A stretch of DNA of 64,000 nucleotides, from the NCBI GenBank assembly GCA_001643675.2, contig LSRY02000018.1, forward strand, positions 434,001 through 498,000. The letters are read 5' to 3'. This stretch comes from Monocercomonoides exilis PA203 (lineage: Eukaryota > Protista > Preaxostyla). Below, in pieces: positions 1-11,011 of this stretch. Numbering within the stretch: position 1 is the stretch's first letter; each line of letters begins with the position of its first letter. Under the pieces are notes generated by a model, which did not search any database, was not told the origin of the DNA, and worked only from the letters and a program-made list of their open reading frames with translations. A program made the translations under genes and the position numbers.

Positions 1-878
1 AAATAGTCAGCAATCTTTTCGACCTGAAATGGCCAATTGTGGCGAAAGACAGCGAAGAGAGTCTTCAAACGACCAAAATAACGCTCGACTATGACTCGCC
101 GCGATGCCAGCTGAGGAGTTCCGACAGGTTTCGTAATATATGCATCCAAATCAGCCCTCGCCCCGATGTATGCCGAGTCCGCAAGCACCTTTGAGCCCCC
201 AAGCTGCGCCTTAAATTGTGGGAAATGCTCCTTGAAGATAGAAAAGTCGTGTGTTGAGCCGGTGTGAATGGAACTGACAGTACTGGCTGTTCCGGTGCGC
301 GGGTTTACACCAACTTCAGCCTTTACGCAGTATATATGATGTTTCCCGCTGTAGAATTTTGTTCCAAACTGCAAGCTTCCAGCTGGTCTGTTGATTGGAA
401 GAACTGTGCAGTCAACCACAACACCCACATCTCTCATATCATCCGATCTATCTGGTCGAAATGTGATGAACAAATCGATCAGATTGACTTTTATATTTTG
501 AACAATGCTGTGAAGTAGTTTTATTGTTGAATTTTGTGTTTCATAAAAAGAAGAAACGAGAAAATGAGTGAAGGATGTTGATCCAAGATGCAAAAAATTC
601 AAAAGAAGAAAGAGTTGATCCTCAAATTTTTCAATTGTTTTTTCTTTCCCACGATGAAGAGGGATTTCTTTACTTAATAACTGATAGAGCAAATCAAATT
701 CAAAACGAGCAAATCCAGTGAGTCGGAAAAATGCATGAGTTTTATCAATTTTCATATATTTGCAAGCAGATTCGATAAGGGATTTTTTTGCAGGTGAAGG
801 AGTGATGTGCACTGGTGCAGTGATAGCATTTCTCTTTTCCACTCTCTCTAAAATGTCTAAAAAAGTTGATTGTGACAT
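1..878 (-). CDS. DDE_Tnp_4-type (PIF/Harbinger/ISL2EU-like) transposase, copy 1; runs off the left edge
   Basis: Manual translation from ATG at 878: MSQSTFLDILERVEKRN...FFRLTGF...DQLFLLLNFLHLG...VVDCTVLPINRP...YSGKHHIYCVKAEVGVNP...STHDFSIF...VLADSAYIG...RRVIVERYFGRLKTLF. D-D-E motifs intact, no stop to the window edge (hence missing from the ORF track). Clearly paralogous to 5348..6127. Confidence 0.9.
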   Translation of the reverse strand, partial: MSQSTFLDILERVEKRNAITAPVHITPSPAKKSLIESACKYMKIDKTHAFFRLTGFARFEFDLLYQLLSKEIPLHRGKEKTIEKFEDQLFLLLNFLHLGSTSFTHFLVSSFYETQNSTIKLLHSIVQNIKVNLIDLFITFRPDRSDDMRDVGVVVDCTVLPINRPAGSLQFGTKFYSGKHHIYCVKAEVGVNPRTGTASTVSSIHTGSTHDFSIFKEHFPQFKAQLGGSKVLADSAYIGARADLDAYITKPVGTPQLASRRVIVERYFGRLKTLFAVFRHNWPFQVEKIADY

Positions 879-1079
879 TTTGTGAAAAAAATAGAAACAA
901 GCAAGTGAAATGACCCTTTAAAGATATTTTTTTTTAAAGTGATCATGACACCCAGAATTGAAAACATCGGATGTGACTGAGTCACATCCAATTTGACTGT
1001 ATCTTAATGGTATTAGATCGATCTTATTGGATGTTGACCGATCTAATGCCACTTGACGCAGTCAAATGAATTAAGTTCT
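1..1079 (-). mobile_element. Harbinger/PHIS-like DNA transposon Tn1 (5' end only visible)
   Basis: Terminus ...GAATTAAGTTCT (ends 1079; AGAACTTAA on the minus strand), followed by AGT. Subterminal block GTGATCATGACACCCAGAATTG (939-960) is shared with the element at 1789-2784. Encodes transposase copy 1. Confidence 0.75.
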
Positions 1080-1083
1080 AGTA

Positions 1084-1783
1084 GTCGGTGTGGAAACCCG
1101 AGCCAGGGAGGAAACCCGAGCCAGTGATCTTTTTTCAAATATTTTTTATTTTTTTCATCGATGAACAATTTGAAAAAAAACGAAATAATTTCACATTTCA
1201 ATACATATGAATATGCTGGTATGCATGTGGTTTTCGTGTTTCTTTTTTGAATGTATCTATGAAAAAAAATTATTTTTGATCATAAATTTTTTTGTGTGAA
1301 AATTTTTACTAATTTTGAAGAAGAAAAATTTTCACAATTTGTCATCATTTTTGTATATTATACACACATACAATTCATTTACGCGTGTTTTCAATTTTCT
1401 TCAGTGGCTGAATGAGAAATGAAAAATTTTCTATGTAATTAATTCGACTTTTCACACAGCCACTGAAGAAAATTGAAAACACGCGTAAATGAATTGTATG
1501 TGTGTATAATATACAAAAATGATGACAAATTGTGAAAATTTTTCTTCTTCAAAATTAGTAAAAATTTTCACACAAAAAAATTTATGATCAAAAATAATTT
1601 TTTTTCATAGATACATTCAAAAAAGAAACACGAAAACCACATGCATACCAGCATATTCATATGTATTGAAATGTGAAATTATTTCGTTTTTTTTCAAATT
1701 GTTCATCGATGAAAAAAATAAAAAATATTTGAAAAAAGATCACTGGCTCGGGTTTCCTCCCTGGCTCGGGTTTCCACCCCAAC
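1084..1783. mobile_element. Fold-back palindromic MITE A1
   Basis: Arms 1090-1410 and 1457-1777 (321 bp) are reverse complements, with a 46-bp spacer. TA on both flanks (1082-83, 1784-85). Terminal motif GGAAACCCGAGCC doubled with an 18-bp period. Confidence 0.9.
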
Positions 1784-1788
1784 TAAGT

Positions 1789-2784
1789 AGACCTTAAACG
1801 AATTGAGCGGCTCAATTTGAATTGACAAAGTCAAAACGTTTTTAGTTTGTTTTATTGGTTTTGACTCAATCAATTCGGTTTTCCCTCAATCTTTTTTGTG
1901 ATCAAAAAATCAAAAATTATGTATCAATTTTGATCATAACTATTTGATGTTTTTTCTATTTTCGGTTTGAAAACAGCTTGTTTTCAGTTATTTTTAAATA
2001 TGTGAATCTTTAATATATTATTAATACATTTGCGTTAGGTTTTTTTTGGATCATAAATAATATGTCAATAGTTTTGTTTCTGACGTTTTTATTTGTTGAT
2101 CGTTTGGAAAATGGCTTTTAATATTCAAACATTAGTTTTTTAGTATTTTGAAAGGTGGAAATGTTTGTTATTTCCTTTCTTTTATTTCAGTTTTATTTTG
2201 AGAACATGTTTTTGATTTGACAATTGTTTTCATGAAGCCTTTTTTGAATAACAAACAATTTAAGTGATATTTATTCTTTTTTTCATTTAAAATGTTTGTT
2301 TAAAGCTATGTCAGAGTTATTAGAAACTTTTTTGTTGTAACTGTCGTTTTTTTTCTTTTCTTTTCAATAATGTTTATTATTTTTGATTCTTTAATGATCA
2401 TTAAATTTTTTTTCGCTTCATAACTATTTATTATTAACAAAAAAATGAAAAGAACAGAATAACTTTACGAAATAATGTTTTTTTCAAATAAAAATTGAAA
2501 TATGAAGAATTTTGAAAAAGTCAAAACATTGAAACTTTCGTATTTTTTAAAGGAAATAATTTTTATAATAATTCTTATATTATATTATTCATGTATTGAT
2601 GAAAAATTGACAAAAACATAACTCTTTATTTTATTGATTTTCATGTGATCATACACCCAGAATTGAATCAATCGGTCTTGACTCAATCAAAACGGTTTTG
2701 AGTCAAACTTTTTGGTTTTATGAACCACTAATTGGTATTTGATTGAGCTAACGGGTATTGATTAAGTAATTTCGTTTAAGTTCT
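1789..2784. mobile_element. Non-autonomous relative of Tn1/Tn2 (element B)
   Basis: TIRs AGACCTTAAACGAATT / AATTTCGTTTAAGTTCT. AGT on both sides (1786-88, 2785-87) is a candidate 3-bp TSD. Subterminal GTGATCATACACCCAGAATTG (~2646-2666) matches Tn1. No ORF. Confidence 0.8.
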
Positions 2785-2785
2785 A

Positions 2786-3413
2786 GTGAGGGAGGAAACC
2801 CGGGCCGGGGAGGAAACCCGGGCCAGTGATCATTTTATAAAATATTTTTCAATTTTTTCGTCGACAAACAATTTTCAAAAAATGAAATTAATCCATATAA
2901 TAATACATGTGAATATGCAGGTGTGTGTATTTTTTGGTGAAAATTTTATAAAATTTTGAAGAAGAAGAATTTTTCATTTAGTCATCATTTTTGTATATTA
3001 CTCACACATACAATTCATTTACACATGATTTCAATTCTCTTCAGAGGCTTGTTGTGTAATATGAGAAATTAACCCGTTTCGCAACAAGCCTCTGAAGAGA
3101 ATTGAAATCATGTGTAAATGAATTGTATGTGTGAGTAATATACAAAAATGATGACTAAATGAAAAAATTCTTCTTCTTCAAAATTTTATAAAAATTTTCA
3201 CTGAAAAAAATTTTTGATCAAAAATAATTTTTTTTCAAAGATTCATGTAACAAAGAAATACGAAAACCATACACACACCTGCATATTCACATGTATTATT
3301 ATATGGATTAATTTCATTTTTTGAAAATTGTTTGTCGACGAAAAAATTGAAAAATATTTTATAAAATGATCACTGGCCCGGGTTTCCTCCCCGGCCCGGG
3401 TTTCCTCCCTCAC
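2786..3413. mobile_element. Fold-back palindromic MITE A2 (same family as A1)
   Basis: Arms ~2786-3054 and 3082-3413 are reverse-complementary apart from a ~55-60-bp deletion in the left arm. TA flanks. Doubled GGAAACCCGGGCC motif with an 18-bp period. Interior is homologous to A1. Confidence 0.9.
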
Positions 3414-3416
3414 TAA

Positions 3417-6325
3417 AGAACCGAAACGATATGGCCATGTAATAACGTATTGTGAACGTCAAATCAATTTAGATCTTACTATTTCGTAGCGATTAATTCA
3501 CAACGGTTGTGGTTTAATTACGACGGGCTGTATCACGGATTTTTGGAAATGATGTTTGTTGATCATATATTTTTCTTTTTTTCCATTTTTAAAAAATAAC
3601 GTTTCAAATATAAACAGCATAAAGATATGTTTTGTATTATTGAATTTTGAATGTTTATTCATGATCATTATGTTCAACTTTTTTTCAGATCTTACGATTT
3701 TTTAAAAATATCATTTTTTTGACTTATCAAGGAAGAAAACATAACCTACATCGGAAGTTCGATGTGAATTTGCTTTTTTAATGAAAGTGTCCGCGAAACA
3801 AAGATTCACAGAAATGTTTTTTTCTTATAAAAAAAACTTTTGCGTTGAATATCACTAATAACATTTTTTCATATCATTTTTGGTTTTGAACGTACAACAA
3901 AGTTCTCTTTTTTTAAGTTATTTTTTCAAACAAGAATCGTTTTTTTAAATAATTGTTAGTTGTTTATTAAGTTAAATAATTGATGAAATATATACTAAAA
4001 GGAGATGGGAAAACTTTTGGAGAAAAAGCAAACGAAATTCATAAAAGAATTTGAGAAAAGATATTAATTCCGATGAAAAATATATAAAGGACAATTATTT
4101 AAGAACTGTTAACATTCAAAAGATACTCGAGAACAGTTTGCTTGTGTTGGTATTGTTTTGAACTGGGAACTTTTTGATTTTTGCAGGATTTTTCTGGTGC
4201 TTTTGTAATACACAAACAATTGTTGTCAGGAGTCTGGCTGTGTTCTGTTTGAATAAACTGAGTGGAAGAAGGAGGTCAGATGGAGGAATGATGGCAGTGT
4301 ATTTTCTTTGAAGGCATTAATTGTTCCAGATTGAGAGATCGTGGTTGCGATAATGAACTTGAAGGTCTTTGCTTTCCCAATGTTGGTTGAGACGAATGAA
4401 AACTTGGATGAGTTTCAATTGCACTTGACGTTGATGGTAGAGAAAAAATTGAAGGTGGAGAAGAAGTGAAATGAGAGGTGTTAGTGGAAATCACTCGTTC
4501 ATTCATAAATGTTTCTTGTGATGATTGCAGCTCAGATGAATGAGAAGGTATTGTTTGATCCGAAATAAGAATTGTTGTTGGAGGTTGTGGAGATGCAGAT
4601 GAAGCTGGTTGAGTTGTTGATGAAGATGAGGTTTCATTTGAAGAAGAAGAAAGGTTTTGTATATGTGGGAATAGAACAGAAGAAGAATTAGCTTATGCTG
4701 AAGTTGAAAAAGAAGAATTATATGAAGAAAAAAGTTGCTTGGCAGACTTCCATTGATTAGGAAGCAGCCATTTAAAAGAAAAATCAATATCATCTGAAAC
4801 AAAACCTTCATCGCTTTCAGAAATCGATGAAATTCGAGTATCTTCATTCAAAGTTGTCACCACTTTCTGATCTTAACTGCTTTTGCAATTTTTTTCATTG
4901 ATCTGTGCATGAGGTTCAGTTGTTGCATCAGCTGAATAAAAAAATTAATATGGTATTTGAAAAAAATAAAAATTTAATTGTTAACATAAATAAAGTCAAT
5001 ATGGGTAAAATATGAAAATTCAAACTATCTTCAAGTGCATGTAAAGATGTTACACTTGAAGTTGGAATTGAACTTGGGTTCAATCGATTAAGTAATCTGG
5101 CTCTGTATTTTTAATTTGTTAGTTCCTTTTTCTGTCTTTTTTCCTCAACTTTTGTAATTAGATTAGAGAGGAAAAGTTGATTAGCCTCGAAATCTGCCTC
5201 CGATAATGGGTTTTGCAATATGTGATAATTTGTTAAACAGCATGCGACGTAAAAGTATTCAGCAATTGAAGAAATCTTTAAGGGCCAAGGTCGACGAAAG
5301 ATTGTGAATAATGTTTTCAAACGACCAAAAAAGCGTTCGACGATTTCTCAATGTGCTGCAAGCTTTGGTGTCCCAACAGGTTTGGTTATTATTGCTCTAA
5401 ATTCACTTTCAGCACCAATATAATCCGAATCTGCCATGATTTTTCCTCCTTCCAAACGTGCTGCGAATTGAGAGTAATGCTCACGAAACATGACATAGTC
5501 GTGAACTGCTCCGCCATGAACCTTGCTAACTGAACTTGCAGTTCCTGTTTTTGGATTCACTCCCACTTCAACTTTTGCACAATAAATTTTGTGTTTTCCA
5601 CTGAAGCAATCGCTTCCACAATTAAATTCTTTTCCTGTTTTGTTTACCGGTAAAACTGTACAGTCCAAAACAAGTGCCACCTCCTCCATTCCATGAATTC
5701 TGTCAGGTCTAAACGTGAGAAACACATCAAATAAAAAAACTTTGATGGATTGCAAGATCGAATGAATTAGTCTAAGAGTTGCATCTTGCGTTTTTTGAAA
5801 TGGTGAGGTGATGAGATGAGAAACAGTTGGTGATCCAAAATGAAAAATATTTAATAACAAGAATAACTGATCGTCCAATTTTTCAATAACTCTTCGTTTA
5901 CCCGGATGAGGGAATATTACAGGTTGAACCAGACGAACAAGAAGATCAAACTCACTCTTTGTGAAACCAGTCATTCTGAAAAAGCCCAAATCTTTGTTAG
6001 TGAATTTGGACAATGCGTTTTCAATCAATGACAGTTTCTTTTCTTCCTCTTTTTGGTGAGTATTTTTCGGAAGAACATTTCTTTCTTCAACATGAGTAAA
6101 AATATCCAAAAAATTAGATTGACTCATTTTTAGAATAACATTGAAAGAATTGATCGAATGAATACATTATTTGGAAAAATTTTTGTGATCCCCTTGTCCC
6201 ACTTTTGATTTAATTCATCGTGAACGAATCAAAACGTTTTTTCTTTGATTTTTTTGTTTTAGCACTTGATAAAAAGAGGCTTATGAAAATAATAACAATT
6301 GACGATAACACAACGTTTAAGTTCT
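3417..6325 (-). mobile_element. Harbinger/PHIS-like DNA transposon Tn2, full-length but inactivated
   Basis: Termini AGAACCGAAACG (3417) and CGTTTAAGTTCT (ends 6325) form an imperfect 12-bp TIR matching Tn1/B termini. Contains transposase copy 2. Flanks (TAA / ACA) are not a perfect TSD. Confidence 0.75.
4099..6127 (-). pseudogene. DDE_Tnp_4 transposase copy 2 with in-frame stops and a probable Ser/Thr-rich C-terminal extension
   Basis: ORFs 5348..6127 and 5111..5320 are one frame: ...KLAAH*EIVERFFGRLKTLF. The TGA aligns with CGA in copy 1 and lies just before the catalytic Glu. The frame continues through a putative intron (4932-5025) into 4276..4506 and ends at TAA 4099-4101. The extension is less certain than the core. 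Confidence 0.85.
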
Positions 6326-7039
6326 ACAAAAAGATGAAAGTGGATTAATTTTCATATTAGTGAATTTGTTCACGAAATGTTTTTTTATAAGAATATTAAT
6401 GTTTGACAATCGTTAGAAAATTTATTTTTTTTTAGATACAGTTTTTGTTTTTTTTATTTCTGTTTTTAAATTTTTATTTTTATTTCAATTTTAAAATTTG
6501 TTTCACATATTGAAAAGTGAGAACTGTTTGATTATCAATAATTACAGATCATCTCAATTTAATATTCAGTTTTCTTTAATGACAGAAGTGAATTTGTTTT
6601 GTACCTAATTATTCGAATAAAATTTGCAGATTCAAAAATTTTTGTTCGATGGTTAATTTTCAATTGTGGGTTATTAAAAGAGATCAAAACAATCTACAAA
6701 TTCAAAAACCTGATTTATAAACAAAATGGTAATTTTTAAAAAGAGCAGCACAAATAATCAAATTGTTATCAAATTATCGTTTTGACTCTTTTTCAATGAT
6801 ATTTGAAATTTTGGGATATTTTTATTGAAAAATCACCTTTGATCAAAAAATAAAATCCTTGTTATTATGTTTTTTCTGAGATTTCAAAAAATTCAAAAAC
6901 TTTAAAGATATGATATAAATTATTTCTTTTCATTTTTATAACAACATTTATTGTGAAATAATACGTTATTGGTTGGATGATGACTTGAAGTTTTCCGAAA
7001 TTGAATCACAGTATAAACAGGATATATTTTCTTCGAATA

Positions 7040-7732
7040 CAGTCAAAACCTGATATTGTCATATCGAATACAATTTCATTCGTTTGTTGTCACATTTTTA
7101 CGATACACAGACATTTTTTGCTAGTTTTTTATTCATTTTCCACAGGATATAAATACTGGGCTGAAAATATATAATCACATTTTTTTATATTATGTGTGTT
7201 TTTTCAATGAAAAATCGATTTTTTGATCAAAAATTTCTAATTTTCACTTTTTCAAAAATGTGCTTGAATAAGAAATAATAATTTATATGGGTGATTCTTT
7301 TTGAAAAGTCACAAATGTTAAATTAACAAATAAATCCAAAATGTCATGTTTTGCTATATGTTTTGTTTACAAATATCAAACTTCACTAAAATGGAATCTA
7401 TCGCTTCAAAATGCTATTTCAAACATTCTTGAGGAGATTTGTGAGCTGAAACAGAAATTTGAGCAAAACAAGAAATTTTTGATATATTTGAAAATTGAAC
7501 ATTTGTGACTTTTCAAAAAGAATCACCCATATTTAAGAAAAAATTAATATCGCAAGTGAAAAATGCGTTTGTTTGAAGAATTTACAAATATTAAAAATCT
7601 GACCCAACAATAATTAATTTATAAATTGTTTTTTTCTTTTTTGTGAGTGAAGTATCATCGTATGTTATCACAATCGGATATAGTCGCAAAAAGTCGTTCA
7701 AAACGCGATGTTATTATACCCGATTTTGACTG
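7040..7732. mobile_element. pogo/Tc1-like MITE (TA|CAGTC...GACTG|TA)
   Basis: TIRs CAGTCAAAACCTGATAT / ATACCCGATTTTGACTG with TA on both flanks. A diverged homolog starts at 61226. Confidence 0.75.
7288..7529. mobile_element. Nested Tc1/mariner-like MITE
   Basis: Perfect inverted repeat TGGGTGATTCTTTTTGAAAAGTCACAAATGTT at both ends (7285-7319 / 7498-7532 including flanks) with TA flanks. Absent at the equivalent position in the 61.2-kb homolog of the host MITE. Confidence 0.85.
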
Positions 7733-7780
7733 TAATCCCATTTTTACAATGAAAAGGAACAAAAACTTAATTCTGAATTA

Positions 7781-9685
7781 CCATTGGTAGAAAACCAGGT
7801 AGTTAGTGGAAAACCCGGCAGTTGGTTATTCGAAATTGTCAATTTTTTCAACGTTAAAGTCATCTCAATTAATTTTAAACATTTTTATATTTGTTTTGAA
7901 AGGTGTTTGCGATAAAATATTTAATGATTGCAGAAAAAAACTTTTCGAAATTTGGAGAGAAAGTTATTAACTTTCATTTGATCAAAACCATTAAAATATG
8001 AAAAGCATGCCAAAAACTCAGCTACAGCGTGTTGTTCATGTCTGTCAATAATATTTCATTAAGCAATTAATAACAAATTATATTTCTCTCACTATACATC
8101 AATTTTTTTTAGTGAACGAGCACACAGGCAACATGTTTTGATTGGAGCGTGCTTTTTGGTTGCAGGCTTTCCAAAAGAAAGGTTACAGTTTGTTATTTTT
8201 TGTACTATGTTTATTTTTTTTATAATTTGTGATGTAATTAATTAAATTCTTTAAAAGAAATTGTTTATAGCAATATTGTTCGACGTGAGTATTTTTGAAG
8301 TTTATGATGTTTAATTTGTGTAACAGTGGATGATACTTTGGTTTTGAATTACTAATACTAACTTCTAATTGTAATTAAAAATGTGATTTGTTTAAATAAG
8401 TATTGATTGTTAATTTTGAAAAATATTATCATTTGTAATTTCTTCAATTCTTTTTATATACAATTATTTATCTTTTTCTGTTATTAAATTTCTTGAATTC
8501 AAACTCAATACATTATGTCTATTGTTTTTATATTTCAAAATTCTTTTTTATCACATAAATATAAGATAAATATATTTGTTTCATATTTTAACAATTTTTT
8601 TTTAGACAACAAGAATTCAGTAGTTTAAATGTTTATAATCAATTCTGAAGTGAATATTAGTGAAATGAACATAAAAAGAAATTACAAAAATTATTTATTA
8701 TTAAGTATGTTCATGAATAAATTCGAAAATAAAGAAAAATGAGATTTCTTTTACAGAACATAAAAAACGTCATCTGTTTTTGTAATTCGTAATTCACGTT
8801 ACAATATAAATATATTATGAACCAACAGAATTTACAAAATTTGATAAATAATTCTTGTTGTCTAAAAAAAATTGTTAAAATATGAAACAAATATATTTAT
8901 CTTATATTTATGTGATAAAAAAGAATTTTGAAATATAAAAACAATAGACATAATGTATTGAGTTTGAATTCAAGAAATTTAATAACAGAAAAAGATAAAT
9001 AATTGTATATAAAAAGAATTGAAGAAATTACAAATGATAATATTTTTCAAAATTAACAATCAATACTTATTTAAACAAATCACATTTTTAATTACAATTA
9101 GAAGTTAGTATTAGTAATTCAAAACCAAAGTATCATCCACTGTTACACAAATTAAACATCATAAACTTCAAAAATACTCACGTCGAACAATATTGCTATA
9201 AACAATTTCTTTTAAAGAATTTAATTAATTACATCACAAATTATAAAAAAAATAAACATAGTACAAAAAATAACAAACTGTAACCTTTCTTTTGGAAAGC
9301 CTGCAACCAAAAAGCACGCTCCAATCAAAACATGTTGCCTGTGTGCTCGTTCACTAAAAAAAATTGATGTATAGTGAGAGAAATATAATTTGTTATTAAT
9401 TGCTTAATGAAATATTATTGACAGACATGAACAACACGCTGTAGCTGAGTTTTTGGCATGCTTTTCATATTTTAATGGTTTTGATCAAATGAAAGTTAAT
9501 AACTTTCTCTCCAAATTTCGAAAAGTTTTTTTCTGCAATCATTAAATATTTTATCGCAAACACCTTTCAAAACAAATATAAAAATGTTTAAAATTAATTG
9601 AGATGACTTTAACGTTGAAAAAATTGACAATTTCGAATAACCAACTGCCGGGTTTTCCACTAACTACCTGGTTTTCTACCAATGG
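7781..9685. mobile_element. 1.9-kb fold-back element C
   Basis: Arms ~7779-8617 and 8850-9687 (~840 bp) are near-perfect reverse complements, with a ~232-bp spacer. TA|CCATTGG...CCAATGG|TA. Doubled 19-bp terminal motif (GTAGAAAACCAGGTAGTTA / GTGGAAAACCCGGCAGTTG). No ORF. Confidence 0.9.
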
Positions 9686-9955
9686 TATTTGATTTTTAAA
9701 AAGTTGACTGTTCATGTTTTTCAATTTTTCAAATAGAATGGGCTATGTTCATAATTGAACAGGTTCTATATTTATTTCAAAATAGAACAATTCAGGTCCA
9801 CAAAATGTGACATTGGCAAAAGGGGGTAATTCAGCTAGGAATGATTTTTTTCTTGAAAACACCTGAAACTGTATCGAAAATGAGCTTTATGATCTCATTA
9901 ATTAAGATCAGTTATTAAATTCTATTAAAAAATAAAATTATCTACCAACGAAATA

Positions 9956-10353
9956 CAGATATCGCATAAAATACCGGACATCGCACAAAATACCGGACAA
10001 GATCGATTTCTCAATAACTGCAAGAGGAATATTTCTTGCAATTTTTCTAAAAGTATTTCTCATCAATACAAACTCAATTGATAAACGAGATTTTCAAAAT
10101 TGCTTCATATGTGCTCAAAGAAAATTGTTTTTAAAATCTCGGAGAGAAAATTAAACTCCTATTTTCCCAAAATTTCGATAATCATTTTCTCTGAGCACAT
10201 ATGAAGCAATTTTGAAAGTCTCGTTTATCAATTGAGTTTGTATTGATGAGAAATACTTTTAGAAAAATTGCAAGAAATATTCCTCTTGCAGTTATTGAGA
10301 AATCGATCTTGTCCGGTATTTTGTGCGATGTCCGGTATTTTATGCGATATCTG
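9956..10353. mobile_element. Fold-back palindromic MITE D
   Basis: Arms 9954-10117 and 10192-10355 (164 bp, one mismatch seen). TA|CAG...CTG|TA. Doubled 19-mer ATCGCAYAAAATACCGGAC. Confidence 0.9.
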
Positions 10354-11011
10354 TAAATCTTAAAGAGATAAAAATTTTAGATCAAGCCCATCATTTAATA
10401 TATTAATGTTTTCTTTTTTATATTTTTTTCCTATGTCTGAATTTTATTGAAAAGTTCCACGACTTTGATTTTGTCCCACAAAAGATCAAAAAATATCGAT
10501 CATTCCGTTCCCATTTTAGTTTTATAAATGCTATTTGTTGTTATTTATTTCGCTTTTTATAGAAAAATAATAAACAAATTTGTTTATATCATATAAACTT
10601 TTATCTTTATTTTGAAATATTCATTTGAAAGATTCTGCTTTCCAGCTATTTGAGTCAAATGAGTTGCATGTTTTTATTTTTTCATTTTCATTTCATCTTT
10701 TTGAATATTCGCTTTGATTTTATGAACAGGAGCTAAGATTTTATTATTTTCCTTTATGAAAGATAAATTATATTTGATTTGCTTTTATAATTGAATTTTT
10801 TTAAGAAATTTTCAAACAGGAAAAATACATCAAAACTACGCTCGTAACAATTGAAAGATACTCGAAAAATTGAAAGCATTGAGCAATAATAAATTTTATC
10901 ATCCAGAAATGCAACATGAAATGTTATTTTTCAAAACAAATCTTCATTGTTACAAACTCAAAAATACAATCTCTTCTCTTATAAAGATTCAAAAAGTTTG
11001 TATCAAACAAC

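Noticed and set aside
4099-6127. Stop-codon reassignment (TAA=Gln as in some oxymonads) or readthrough explaining the in-frame stops
   Set aside because: Both TGA and TAA interrupt the frame. Intact neighbours (eIF4A, ACSL, PLAC8, V-ATPase) terminate at TAA/TAG, and the 2727-aa ORF contains none internally.
1084-10353. Palindromes as pure assembly/amplification fold-back artefacts
   Set aside because: They have distinct spacers, TA flanks, conserved terminal doublets, two diverged family members and a one-arm deletion. Not fully excluded without reads.
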